A stretch of DNA of 64,000 bases, taken from the human T2T-CHM13v2.0 reference genome, Homo sapiens. Position 1 is the stretch's first letter, and each line of letters opens with the position of its first letter. Location: the NCBI RefSeq assembly GCF_009914755.1, contig NC_060925.1; one strand, 5' to 3'. The notes beneath the pieces were generated by a model, which made no database searches, was not told where the DNA came from, and was given only the letters and a program-made list of their open reading frames with translations. Below, piece after piece: positions 46,401 to 64,000 of this stretch. The position numbers were made by a program, and so were the translations under genes.

Positions 46401-48290
46401 TGTGGTTGGGGAGTATGGGGGGAACATACTGTGGTTGGGGAGTATGGGGGGAGCGTACTGTGGTTGGGGAGTATGGGGGGAAGGTACTGTGGTTGGGGAG
46501 TATGGGGGGGAACGTACTGTGGTTGGGGAGTATGGGGGGAAGGTACTGTGGTTGGGGAGTATGGGGGGGAACGTACTGTGGTTGGGGAGTATGGAGGGAA
46601 GGTACTGTGGTTGGGGAGTATGGGGGGAAGGTACTGTGGTTGGGGAGTATGGAGGGAAGGTACTGTGGTTGGGGAGTATGGAGGGAAGGTACTGTGGTTG
46701 GGGAGTATGGGGGGAATGTACTGTGGTTGGGGAGTATGGGGGGAAGGTACTGTGGTTGGGGAGTATGGGGGGAAGGTACTGTGGTTGGGGAGTATGGAGG
46801 GAAGGTACTGTGGTTGGGGAGTATGGGGGGAAGGTACTGTGGTTGGGGAGTATGGGGGGAATGTACTGTGGTTGGGGAGTATGGGGGGAAGGTACTGTGG
46901 TTGGGGAGTATGGGGGGAAGGTACTGTGGTTGGGGAGTATGGGGGGAAGGTACTGTGGTTGGGGAGTATGGGGGGAACGTACTGTGGTTGGGGAGTATGG
47001 GGGGAAGGTACTGTGGTTGGGGAGTATGGGGGGAACATACTGTGGTTGGGGAGTATGGGGGGAGCGTACTGTGGTTGGGGAGTATGGAGGGAAGGTACTG
47101 TGGTTGGGGAGTATGGAGGGAAGGTACTGTGGTTGGGGAGTATGGGGGGAAGGTACTGTGGTTGGGGAGTATGGGGGGAATGTACTGTGGTTGGGGAGTA
47201 TGGGGGGAACATACTGTGGTTGGGGAGTATGGGGGGAGCGTACTGTGGTTGGGGAGTATGGGGGGAAGGTACTGTGGTTGGGGAGTATGGGGGGAAGGTA
47301 CTATGGGGAGTATGGGGGGAAGGTACTGTGGTTGGGGAGTATGGAGGGAAGGTACTGTGGTTGGGGAGTATGGGGGGAAGGTACTGTGGTTGGGGAGTAT
47401 GGGGGGAACATACTGTGGTTGGGGAGTATGGGGGGAGCGTACTGTGGTTGGGGAGTATGGGGGGAAGGTACTGTGGTTGGGGAGTATGGGGGGAAGGTAC
47501 TATGGGGAGTATGGGGGGAAGGTACTGTGGTTGGGGAGTATGGGGGGAAGGTACTGTGGTTGGGGAGTATGGGGGGAAGGTACTGTGGTTGGGGAGTATG
47601 GGGGGAACGTACTGTGGTTGGGGAGTATGGGGGGAAGGTACTGTGGTTGGGGAGTATGGGGGGAACATACTGTGGTTGGGGAGTATGGGGGGAGCGTACT
47701 GTGGTTGGGGAGTATGGGGGGAAGGTACTGTGGTTGGGGAGTATGGGGGGAAGGTACTATGGGGAGTATGGGGGGAAGGTACTGTGGTTGGGGAGTATGG
47801 AGGGAAGGTACTGTGGTTGGGGAGTATGGGGGGAAGGTACTGTGGTTGGGGAGTATGGGGGGAACATACTGTGGTTGGGGAGTATGGGGGGAGCGTACTG
47901 TGGTTGGGGAGTATGGGGGGAAGGTACTGTGGTTGGGGAGTATGGGGGGAAGGTACTATGGGGAGTATGGGGGGAAGGTACTGTGGTTGGGGAGTATGGA
48001 GGGAAGGTACTGTGGTTGGGGAGTATGGGGGGAAGGTACTGTGGTTGGGGAGTATGGGGGGAAGGTACTGTGGTTGGGGAGTATGGAGGGAAGGTACTGT
48101 GGTTGGGGAGTATGTACGGGAATGTATGGTGGTTAAGGGAGTATGGGGGGGACGTACTGTAGTTGGGGAGTATGTGGGGGAATGTGTTGTGGTTAAGGGG
48201 AGTATGGGGGGGAACGTACTGTGGTTGGGGAGTATGGGGGGGAACGTACTGTGGTTGGGGAGTATGTGAGGGGGATGTGTTGTGGCTGGG
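43485..48290. repeat. ~4.8-kb G-rich minisatellite, ~29-bp unit, about 160 copies, with higher-order blocks
   Basis: Unit gtactgtggttggggagtatggggggaa(g/c/t) with variant units. Confidence 0.98.
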
Positions 48291-48519
48291 GGCATTGGTG
48301 TGGCCGAGTTAAATTCTCTTCTACCACGGTGGGAAGACAGTACATAGTGTCCAGAATTGCTTTTGCAGAAGAGACAAACCAAAATTATTTTTAAATATGG
48401 AGATGGCTACCAGGGCAAACAGTGAAAAGGTTGAAGAAAGTAACTGGAGAATAGAGGGAAAGGGGAGAGGATGGGCAGGAGACTGGTGGTTTCCATTATA
48501 AGCCTTTCAGAACAATTTG

Positions 48520-49090
48520 TAGTTTGACAGCTTAATTGAGATATAACTCACATACCATATAATTCACCAACTTAAAATGTTCCATGCGATGGTTTTTAGT
48601 ATATTCATAGAGCTGTGAAACTGTCAACAACCTAAATTTAGAATATTTTGTTTACTGACAAAAGAAAACTGTTACTCCCCTTTCTCTACCTTGTCCCCTC
48701 CCCTCCCCTCCCCTCCCCTCCCCTCCCCTCCCCTCCCCTCCCCTCCCCTCCCTACAACATCCAGCCCAAGGCAGCTGCCAATTTCTTTTCTATCTCTATA
48801 GATTTGCTTCTCCTGGAAACTTCATTCAAATGGAATCATACAGTGTGTGGTCTTTTTTCTCTGGCTTCTTGTACTTAGAATGACATGTCCAAGGTTTGTC
48901 CACATTGTAATGTGTTAGAATTTCATTCCTTTTTAAGGCTGAATCATCCGTTGTAAGGATAGACCAATTTTATTCAACTGTTCATCAGTGGATGGGTGTT
49001 TGGGCTGTTTCCACCTCGTGGCTGTTACAGATATGCTGCCGTGGAAAATTCATGTACGAGTTTTTGTGTGGACATATTCTTTCTCTTGGC
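48520..49090 (-). mobile_element. L1MB-like 3' end
   Basis: cagcttaattgagatataactcacataccatataattcaccaacttaaaatg. Confidence 0.7.
48695..48751. repeat. (CCCCT)n microsatellite
   Basis: About 11 perfect copies. Confidence 0.95.
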
Positions 49091-50050
49091 TATTTGAGGT
49101 TTTAAACTAGACTTGTATGCCTTTGAAAATATTTGAATTAAAAATTAGAGGCTGGGCACAGTGGCTCATGTCTGTAATCTGAGAGCTTTAGGAGGCCAAG
49201 GAGGAGGGATTGCTTGAGGTCAGGAGTTTGAGACCAGCCTGGGCGACATAGCAAGACCCCAGTCTCTACAAAATATAAATATAAAAATCTAAATGAATAA
49301 ACATTAGAAATGTACTGAAATGTTAATGGTAGTTAGGTGATATTATAAAATTCTCTAACTTGAACATGTTACCATTAACTTCAGAAAAATAAGATAAAAA
49401 ATAATGCTCTATTGCGTTTTCATAACACCAGCTTAAACAGTCCTACCATTTTAAGAAAGCAGAACCATGAACTATGCTTATAGGCATTTGCTGACATTTT
49501 CCTGTTATGTTTTAAAGCTAATTATGTTAATGGTACACTCCACCTTGAAAATGTCACCAGCGTTCAGTGAATCTAAAATTTGGTCTTGGGTCTCGTATGC
49601 TAGGGCGAGTAAGAGGCTGTGCTCTGTGTAAAAAAACAATTTAAAAACGAAGTAATATTCTTCAGAAATAAAAACAAGTTGATTAAGACTAGAATAGAGC
49701 CACAGCCTTGGCAGAAGAGGGTGGCAAAGGGAGCCACAGACGTGAGTCGGCTAAGGTTTTGTTTTATAAACCAAATAACAATATCCAATAATAATCCCTT
49801 GTTAGTGTTAGCAATTAAGATGTCTGCTTCTAGAATATTACACCAGAGTGAGTTTCCTTGGATTTGCCTCCATATAACCAGAAAAATCCAACATCTTATT
49901 TAGCTGCAACATGATTTTGTAATCATACAAACATTTTGGTATAAAAAACAAACATTATCCTAAAATAGAGATGCTGAGAACTTCCATTTGGGGAAGGGGT
50001 CCAGAATGAAAAAATCCAATCCCTTAAAGAAAGGATTCGAGAATACGTAC

Positions 50051-50253
50051 CTGGTGTTCTTGATTTCTCCCCTGGTTCTCGATTGCTCGAAAGAGCTCCT
50101 CACACACAGTTGGAATAATACCCTGTTTGCACCAAACCCAATCATGGAATAGCTTTTCCCAGAGCCAGTTTGGCCATAGGCTAGGAGAGTTGCATTATAG
50201 CCTTGCCAAGCACTGTCCAGAATTCCCCTGCCAAGGTCATGGAAGACGTCTCT
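50051..50253 (-). pseudogene. KIF28P: Exon w2, P-loop exon (RDVFHDLG...[15 protein letters not shown]) with 1-bp deletion
   Basis: ctttccag acceptor, CAG/GTACGT donor; 203 nt between phase-0 junctions; [11 protein letters not shown] resumes only in a shifted frame. Confidence 0.92.
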
Positions 50254-50739
50254 CTGGAAAGATGACAGGTGGCATATTCAGCACAGGCCAGTGGCATGCA
50301 GATTTCCTCTTCCCTACTTTCTGAGTCCTCTTAAATCTGAATAAGTATCCTGACTTTCATAAATCCCACCTCGATTCATAGCGTATGACCTGCTTGAAAT
50401 ACAACTCAGATGCCGGCTTAGAACAGGTGGAGTGAAACTGAAAGGATTTGTCAATTTGGAAAACACTCATCATTTACATTCATGGATCACATCGGGTACA
50501 TCCTAAACTAGCTAATCCCTGTTGGTCATGAAATTGCATAGTTCATAGCCTTGCCAAAACACGGGCCAGGTCTTTAAAATTAAGCAATTAGACAAAAATA
50601 TCAAGGCACAGAAGCCAGTCAAAGCATTTTCTACTACTTTATTCGTTGACTCAAACAATAACATCACAATATAGCCACACTGATTTTAGTCCTCTGCTAG
50701 TGAGCTCTTCTCTTTTTCTGCTTTTTCCAGTGGTTCTGG

Positions 50740-50741
<2 letters not shown>

Positions 50742-50778
<37 letters not shown>
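50742..50778. repeat. (CA)n microsatellite
   Basis: About 18 perfect dinucleotides. Confidence 0.97.
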
Positions 50779-50782
<4 letters not shown>

Positions 50783-51388
50783 ATCCCCCTTTTTTAAGTT
50801 AAAATAGAAATGTTTGTGCCCACTGTTGCTGAAAGAGAGGGGATGTGGTCTGCCTCCTTTTATCATCTGGGCTGTGACCATAGACCGCAATAGTTATCTT
50901 ATTTGAGGCTGTTTCAAAGTGTATATTTCTTCCTACTCTCTAATAGCAATGGTAAAGCACTAAGCATTATTCCATTTGTTACGATATATACATTTGTATA
51001 ATTTATTTCATGTTTCTGGGGAAAATGCACATACCAACATAGTGTGATTTACATGAGGACAATAGACAATAACCAACGTTCATGTAATATTTGAGAAAGG
51101 GATAAAAATTATTCCACCAAAAGGGTTAGGGGAGCTCTAGACTTTAAAATGTGGAGTCTCACCAGTGGTTTCCCAGAACACTGTGACTGTACTTTTACCA
51201 GAAGAAATATATTAGTGTAACAGATGTTGACTCTACTGTAGAAGCTGTGTGCTAAACCTAACACATGCCTACCAAGTAAAAGTAACTAGTTTTGCTGTTT
51301 TGTTTTCTCAGTGCTATTGGAGATTTCGGAAAACATTTTGTGTGTGTGCTTAATTTTTATGGATTGAAAACTTTAAACAAGTAATATG

Positions 51389-52507
<1,119 letters not shown>

Positions 52508-52973
52508 TTACAATTCCATGTAAATTATTGAAATAGTGTATCAATTTCTATCAAAAATGCCTGCTGGGGTTTTGATTGGGATTGCTTTGAATTTGTTGAT
52601 CAATTTGACTTCTGAATAATATTGTCTTCTTATTTATTTAAGTCTTCCTTTCAGTAATGTTTTATAGTGTTCAGAGCTCAGTTTTTGCACATATTTTGCT
52701 AAATCTATCGTTAAAGTGTTTCATGTTTTTGATACTATTGTTCATATTTAAAAATTTCATTTTCCAATTGTTCATCGCTATTATAGTTTAGAGAAATACT
52801 ATTGCTTTCTGTATATTGACTTTTCTAAACACAGTTATTAACTGTAGTAGCTTTTTTGTTTTGTAGAGCACTTAGGATTTTTATTTTTTATTTTATTTTT
52901 GGAGATAAGGCCTCACTATGTGGCCCAAGCTGGACTGCAGGTGCCATTCACAGGTGCGATTATAGCCCACTGA

Positions 52974-53674
<701 letters not shown>

Positions 53675-54850
53675 TACTTCTTCTCAATCAGCGTATTTCT
53701 TATTTCCTACCAATGGTCTTTGCCCTGGCTAGAACTTGTAGTGAATGTTGTATAGCAGTGACGGGAATAGACACCCTTGGCTTGCCTGCCGTCCTATGGA
53801 GAACACCTGCTTCACCATCAAACATGATGGAAGCTGCTTTCCAGGCAAGTTCTATTTCTAGGAAACTTCCTCTCATTTCAAGTTTGTTGAGAATTTTATG
53901 ATTGAGGGTTAAATTTTGTCATTCTTTTTGCAGCCAATCATATTTTTTCTCCTATATTCTATTCTAGATCATGAACTTTAAATGTTAAAACAATTTTACA
54001 TTCCCAGGAAAGGGCCCACTTGATAGTGATTGGGCTTGATTGATAGTGACAGTAATATATTAAGGCCCACCCGATATATGATTCGATTGTGTTTGCTGAA
54101 ACTTTGATAATAATTTTTGTGTCTGTGTTCATGAAAGATAATGGCCTATAGTGTTTTTGTAATATCTTTGGCTGCTCTTGTTGGAATACTGGCTTTGTAA
54201 AATGAAATGGGAGTGTTTACTATGATCTGCATTTTTTTTTTATTTCTTTCTTTGGTAGAATTCACCAGCAAAGATACCTGGAAATGGAGTTTCTTTGTGA
54301 GGTTTTTAGGTACAAATTCAATTTATTTAATAGATACAGGACTATTTGAGTCATCTGTTTCTTTGCATGAACTTCAGTAGCTTGTGTCCATTTGTTGTTG
54401 AATGTATTGGCATTAAGTTGTTCAAAATATTTTTAATCACTCTTTTTAAAAAAGGGAGATTTGCCCAGGCTGGCCTGAAGCTCCTGGCCTCAAGCAGTCT
54501 CCAGCCTCAGCCTCCCAAAGTGCTGGGATTGCAGTTGTGAGCCACCCAGCCTTCTCAGTCTTTTAATGTCCCTGGGATCACTTATGCTCTTGGTATTTGG
54601 CTTATCAATTTTATGGATGTTTTCAAAGAACCAGCTTTAGGTTTCAGTGTTTTTTCTCTATTGTTTTACTGTTTTTCGTTTCATTAATTATCACTTTTAT
54701 CTTTTTTCTTCTGCTGCTTGTTTTATGTTTAATTTGCTCTCTTTTTAAATTCTTAACTGGAAGATTACAATGCCAAGTTGAGATGATGATTCTCTAATGT
54801 AAGCTTGACTGCTAGAAAACCTCCCCCAGCTCCATTTAGATGCGTCCCAC

Positions 54851-55442
54851 ATATGAAAATATATGTGTGTATATATGTGTGTATGTGTGTATATGGGTGT
54901 GTGTATTTGTGTGTGTATATGTATATTTGTATATATGTATATGTATGTCTGTGTATTTGTGTATCTGTATACATGTATGTGTGTTTGTGTATGTGTGTAT
55001 GTGTATGTGTGTATGTGTGTGCATATGTATTCTGTGTGTTTGTGTATATGTGTGTATGCGTGTATGTGTATGTGTGTACATGTGTATATGTGTGCATGTG
55101 TAGTGTGTATGTGTATTTGTGTGTATGTGTGTATATGTATGTGTGTATGTATGTGTGTATATGTGTATATTTGTGTGTATATGTATGTGTGTATATGTGT
55201 ATCTGTGTGTATATGTGTATATGTGTGTATATGTGTGTATATTTGTGTGTATATATGTTATCTGTGTGTATATTTGTGTATATGTGTGTGTATCTGTGTG
55301 TATATTTGTGTGTATATGTGTGTGTATCTGTGTGTGTATATTTGTGTGTGTATATGTGTGTGTATATTTGTGTATGTGTGTGTATAGGTGTGTATAGGTG
55401 TGTGTGTATGTGTGTGTATATGTGTGTGTGTGTATATATTTG
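54851..55442. repeat. Degenerate (TG/TA)n tract, about 590 bp
   Basis: Near-continuous alternating pyrimidine-purine sequence. Confidence 0.95.
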
Positions 55443-55758
55443 TCTATCCTGACTGCATACTCCATGCTTGTTCTACACATTTTGACAGGTGTCTTGAGTT
55501 GCCTTTTTTTTGTCTTTTAAACATTTTTTTAAACTTATTTTTTATTTTTTGTAATACTGTTTCTCTGGCCTCTTCCTTGTAAGTAGTGTTTTGATTTTCA
55601 TTCAGTTAAAAAAAAATGTTTTCTAATTTCCCTAGTGGTTTTTTCTTTAACCAATGGATTATTTAGAAGTCTGCTATTTTCCAAATGCTTGTGAATTTCC
55701 CAAATATTTTTCTTCTAGTTTAACTCCAGTGTGGTCAGAAAACATACTTCATATGATT

Positions 55759-56082
<324 letters not shown>

Positions 56083-57192
56083 AATTTCAGTCCTCTTACA
56101 CTCACATTTATTGAGGCGAGTTTTATGATCTGAAATACTGTCTATCATGATGAATGTTCTGTGTGTACTTACAAAGAAAGAATGCGTGTGCTGTGGTTGG
56201 GTGGGAAGTGGTTGACATGTTTTATGATATAATTGTCAATTAGGTTGATATTATTCTGCTCTTCTATAATATGACAGTTTTGTCAATTACTGAGATAGCT
56301 AGGAGTGTTGAAATCACTAAATACAGTTGTAGATTTGTCTATTTTTCTGTTTCTATTTTTGCTTTGTTTACTTTAAAGCTCATTTTTTAGGTACATACCC
56401 ATTCAGGCTGGCTATGTTTCCTTAATGAACTCTTTCCTCATTATTAAATATTTCTTGTTCTGAAGCCTATGCAATGTGATGTAAATGTAGCCTCTAGTTT
56501 TTTTTTTTGTTAGTGTTTTCATGCTTTTTTTTTAAATATGTAAACCAGGTTTTTAAAAATCCTGTGATACAGAAGCACTTAAACCACCCCCAACCCACAC
56601 ACACATTTTGTAGACAGATATAGTTGGATCCTGCTTTTTCTATCTTATCTGATGATCTTTGCTTTTTAATTGGTCATGTTTAGACTATTTATGTTTTACA
56701 TAATAATTGATATAAATTATTGGCATTAAATCTACTGTCTTGCTATTTGTATTCTACTTATCCCATCTCCTCTGTGTCTAAATCCCAAACATGGCAGGAT
56801 AAGAGGGGTAAAGAATGTTTTATAGTTCCGTTTCCCCACACTTGACTCATTAGTTAGTTATACTTGTTTTATTTATTTATTTTGTATTGATTGCTCTAGG
56901 GCATCAGTTCACACAGTGCATTCCAGGGTCTGTGAGATCTTTTCAGGGTGTTTGTAAAGTGACACTTCCTTTTGTGATCGTACTAATGTTTGCTTTTTTC
57001 ATTCTCATCCTCTCATGAGCGTAGAGTGGAGTAACGTGTGCAGTGGGATTTGCCAGAGGCTATGTAACGTGATTTTATAGATGACATGCAGGGCAGAGAA
57101 TCAAGCTCTTTCATGAAGTCAGACATTACAGAGATTTCAAAAAATGGAAAGCAGTGCCATTCTCTTCAGTGTCGGCTCGAGTACTATTTTTT

Positions 57193-57640
<448 letters not shown>

Positions 57641-58004
57641 TACTTTTCATAAAAATATTTTTATATTATGTATGTTTACTAGTAATGGATTTTTAATGTT
57701 TTTATTAACTGATGTTAATAAAACATCACCCTGTGTTTGTAATAAAACAAACCCTGTGCTCTAGGGTCACAATAGATTTCTTTAAAATATTTTATTTTCA
57801 AATATTATATTACTTCCTCTATAATGCAAAACCTTCAAACAATATACTTCTGGTAGCTGTCTCGTTTTTTTTGGTGTAGTCATATTTTATTTCTGTATTT
57901 GTTTTGAATCCCAACAGAATTTATTCTTGCTTTGACAATCAGTGATCTTTCTGAAAGATTCAAAATTAGAAAAAAATTTTCTTGGGCACAGTGTTCTAGG
58001 TTGA

Positions 58005-58322
<318 letters not shown>

Positions 58323-59269
58323 AAGGTTGAGAATTGCTTTCAGCTCGTAAGTCTCTCCATTGTGTTCTAGCTCGCATAATTCTGACAATATATCTGCGGT
58401 CATTCTTGTTGTTCCTCCATCTTTTCTCACTTGTTTTAAGATTTTATCACTGGATTAGAGCAATTTAATTAAAATGAGACTTACTGTGATTTTCCTTATT
58501 CTACTTAGGACTTATTGCTCTTCTTAGACCTGTGGGTTTATAGTTTCCATCAAATTTGGGAAAATTTCAGCCATCATTCCTTCAAGTATTTTTTGCACAC
58601 ACGCCCCTCCCATTCTTTCTGTGACTCCAATTACATGTAGAGTAAGATTGTCCCACATGTCACTGAGGCTCTGTTCATTTCCTCCCCATAACTTTTTCTG
58701 ACTGTTTCTCCTTGTCTGTCAAAATTCAGCCTAAACATCATACCCTTTATTAAACCATTCACCAAATATCCTGTCTAGATTGAATGACCACCTCACCTTT
58801 GTACCCCACTGTATCCCATACATCTTATCACAGAGCCTGTAACATCTGAGTGTACTTTTTTCCTGTCTCCCCAAACCAAATTGTGAGCAACTTTCAGGCA
58901 GAACAGTGCATGGCATATGATAAATGCTCATTAAAACAGAAGTTCTCAGATGCTAAGTGCCTCATACAGTTTGCTTATTTTGCTTATCTCAAGGAAGCAA
59001 AATATAATTGACTTGACTGTCATACCTTTTTCAGTGTGTCAATACATTGGCAAATGAACTGATTTGAGTATCTAAAAATTACTTAGGCCATAGCTGTGTT
59101 TTTGGACCTCACGTTCAGCATAGAAAAGGAGTAAATTTAAAGTGAAATTCTCATATGGAAACATAGATTTATGCTTGCATAAAATTATTGTACTTTCACA
59201 CTGTGAACACATCATCAAAAACAAAACAACAAAAAACTGGCATTGAAGCTGTGTTTTAAAGCAACTTAC

Positions 59270-59464
59270 CTGGCCTGCAAATTTACGACTAGGATCAGCT
59301 GAAATAAGGACACCATCCTTATCCCTTTGAAATCCATTGTGAGACCAATATGCCAGGTCAAAAGTAAATGTCTTCACATGCTCTGGATTCTTAGGGTCCT
59401 GTGTAGTGGTGGTAGTTCTGGAATGCATGGAAATCACACATTTGCTCCCAGAATTCTTCTCTCT
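59270..59464 (-). pseudogene. KIF28P: Exon w1, motor N-terminus (REKNSGSKCVISMHSR...FTFDLAYWSH...KFAGQ)
   Basis: ctgtag acceptor, CAG/GTAAGT donor, 195 nt = 65 codons, kinesin-3 FTFDxxYWSH motif. Confidence 0.92.
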
Positions 59465-59887
59465 CTACAGTCAAATTACAAATTCGGAGTCAATCATTCC
59501 AGTTTCTCTTTGTTATCCAAGTTCATTGTTTTGCAAGTCTTTATACCTAGTAAGAAATTAAGCCAAGAACTTACCCTTCCCTCAGTTTGTTCTCTAATTG
59601 TGTTACTTTTAGCAGCTATTATGACAAGCAGTTGTTCCTGTACTCCCTCGGAATTTTTGAAAGGCTTGTCTCTAGTCACATTAACTTTCTGAGAAGAGCT
59701 GGCTCTCTAACACCCAGGTATACTAATAACAATAACTACAGTAGTGGAGAGACTGACTTCCTGCATAACTGGTGAACTCCCCAGTAAAACTAGTGAAAAA
59801 TTATCCATTAAAAAATGAAAATGAAGAAAAAAAAACACTTTTTAATGGTCCTAAGGACAAACAGCACATGAAGAAACATCTATTCAT

Positions 59888-60183
59888 GGCCGGGCGCGGT
59901 GGCTCACACCTGTAGTCCCAGCACTTTGGGAGGCTAAGGCGGGCGGATGACTTGAGGTCAGGAGTTTGAGACCAGCCTGGCCAACATGGTGAAACCCCGT
60001 CTCTACTAAAAATACAAAAATTATGTGTGTGTGATGGCAGGTGCCTGTAATCCCAGCTACTCAGGAGGCTACGGCATAAGAATCGCTTGAACTTGGGAGG
60101 TGGAGGCTGTAGTGAGCTGAGATTGCACCACGGCACTCCAGCCTGGGCGACAGAGTGAGACTGTCTCAAAAAGAAAAAAAAAA
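59888..60183 (+). mobile_element. AluS with target-site duplication (catctattca)
   Basis: Dimer flanked by a repeated site. Confidence 0.9.
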
Positions 60184-61618
60184 GCATCTATTCAAGAAAA
60201 TGTACTAAAATTTGGTAAGAAAAGAGTTTGTGGTATTTGAAGCAAGATCATTCCTTTCCTTTCCCTGCCAGCTCAGGAAGGTGGAGATTCCACTCTGGAC
60301 AGCTAGAGCCAGTAACACAGGGTTCTGTCTCTGCTCCAGATCGCAGCTGGAGGACTTTCTTCCAGGAAGATCAAGATATTAGCATTTCTCATTCTGCCTC
60401 TCTCTACCTGTTAGTGAGGCCAAGTGTCAGGTTAATTGGGGGTCTCCCTTTCACACCCAGCTCTCACTCGAGGAATGGAGGCTCTATTTTGGTTGCAGCA
60501 TGCTGAGCTTACTGGAGTACTTACCACTTTTGCCCTGGGTCCTGAGAGGGTTCAACACCAGGAGAGACAAGCTGAGAGGACCTTAGGCTAGGACCCCACC
60601 TCCACTGAGGACTCAGCTCCTAGAGCAGGTGTCATCTGAAGAGCAATTGACTATTGTTCACACATCCAATTCCAGAGCTCTGGCTTAGAGATTTTGCCTG
60701 GGGGATAATTAGGCCATACAACCCATGGTGCCTAACATCTCTTCCTAAAGGAACTGACTTCATTTGTAACAGATTGGGGAAGTTCAAGCCTAAGGATGCC
60801 CTCGAGAATGGTGGAGGTTGTGATGAAAGACAACTGAGAAAAGAGTCAAATACAAGTAAAAGTGTATGCCCTCTAATTTGTGGGGATGAACTGGAGAATA
60901 AGATAGCTGGAAGGTCAAAAAATATCAAACACTGGTTTTAGAAACGATTCCCTGCAAAGGAAGCAGAATTTGATCAGATTCACTTGTAAAGCAATTTATA
61001 CCCCAGGACATTGTTGAAAACAATAATCAGCCAGCAAATAGTGAAGTTTAACAGCTGGGCATGGGCAAGGAAAGACAGGAAGGGGGCCCTACCAAAACCA
61101 TTGTTCTCCCAGCGTGACTGGGGCAGACCCAAAACTGTGCTTCCCTAAGGAACAACGGTGGGGGCTGGGGGACATAATAGACTTTACTAAAATAATTCAG
61201 CCAGTCACTAAACAAACTGGCAAATGAAAGTAACAAGCCACAGAGGAGACGCAGAGCTAGGAGCTGCTACAATATATCTACAATGTCCAGTTTCTAAGAA
61301 AAAATTAGGAGGCACGCAAAGTAACAGGAAAGTATGATCCATACACTGAGGAAGAAACAGGTAACAAAAACAGAGTGAGCAGATGCAGGATTTATCAGAA
61401 AAATACTTTTAAAGTAGTCATTATGAATATATTCACAGAATGAAAGAAAACTATGATTAAAGAAAGGATTATAAAGGAATACTTTGAACAAATAAATACC
61501 AACAAATTAGATAACTTAGATGAAATAAATTCCTACAAAGGCAGAAATAACAGAAATTGACTCAAGAAAAAAATCTAAATAGACCTAGAACAAGGGAAGA
61601 CATAGAAGTAGAAATGCT

Positions 61619-62235
<617 letters not shown>

Positions 62236-62492
62236 TTATCTCTTATGATTATGCGTGCAAAAATCCTCAACAAAATACTATGAAACTAAATCCAGCAATG
62301 TATAAAAAGAATTGCATACCACGACCAAATGGAATTTATCCTAGGGCTTCAAAGTTGGTTCAACAACGGAAATTATTGTATTAATCGTATTTTAAAATTT
62401 TCTGTATATATGAAAAAATATATACATATGTATAGAAGCTTTGAGACATTTGCTTCCCCACATTACCAATCATGATTATGTCATAATTATGA

Positions 62493-63782
<1,290 letters not shown>

Positions 63783-63839
63783 GATAAAATAGGAATACAT
63801 TTAATGAAAGAAGTACAAACCATACTCTGAAATCGATAT

Positions 63840-63842
<3 letters not shown>

Positions 63843-63874
<32 letters not shown>

Positions 63875-64000
63875 TGAGACAGTCTCACCCTGTCGCCCAG
63901 GCTGGGAGTGTAGTGGCGCGATCTCGGCTCACTGCAAGCTCCGCCTCCCGGGTTCACGCCATTCTCCTGCCTCAGCCTCCTGAGCAGCTGGGACTACAGG
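63843..64000 (-). mobile_element. AluY, cut by the window edge
   Basis: Poly-T and reverse right arm. Confidence 0.9.

Noticed and set aside
43485-48290. Interstitial telomeric repeat (TTGGGG present in the unit)
   Set aside because: No tandem TTAGGG; the hexamer is only part of a 29-bp unit embedded in an old LINE.
43430-48382. ORFs of up to 1319 aa on both strands
   Set aside because: They are translations of a stop-poor 29-bp minisatellite, open in several frames at once, with no coding signature.
54765-55582. Cys/Val/Tyr-rich and His/Thr-rich ORFs
   Set aside because: Translations of a (TG/TA)n microsatellite.

Overview
Human/primate genomic DNA, rich in Alu, L1 and LTR repeats. It carries most of KIF28P, the unitary kinesin-3 pseudogene (orthologue of rodent Kif28 and C. 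elegans klp-6), on the minus strand; recalled location is human 1q44. I reconstructed 21 exons (w1-w21, 59464 to 443), all with GT-AG boundaries, covering the motor domain, neck, FHA domain, KIF1B-type region and C-terminal tail. The first coding exon and the last exon were not found and presumably lie outside the window. Visible lesions: a 1-bp deletion just after the P-loop, TAG in a 36-nt exon, TAA and TGA in the neck exon, a 1-bp deletion in w14, and the substitutions DLAGSE>DLARSE (switch II) and LRY>LGY. Exons w15-w21 have no lesions and lie downstream of an intronic CpG island. The introns hold many minisatellites. One 30-bp array is an amplified exon/5'-splice-site junction (49 extra donor-like positions); another is a ~4.8-kb G-rich 29-bp array with higher-order structure. 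There is also a solo LTR7. The very long ORFs in the track are repeat artefacts. No prokaryotic features, CRISPR arrays or RNA genes were seen, and no new biological system can be claimed from sequence alone. Repeat family names are from recognition, not RepeatMasker, and their boundaries are approximate.
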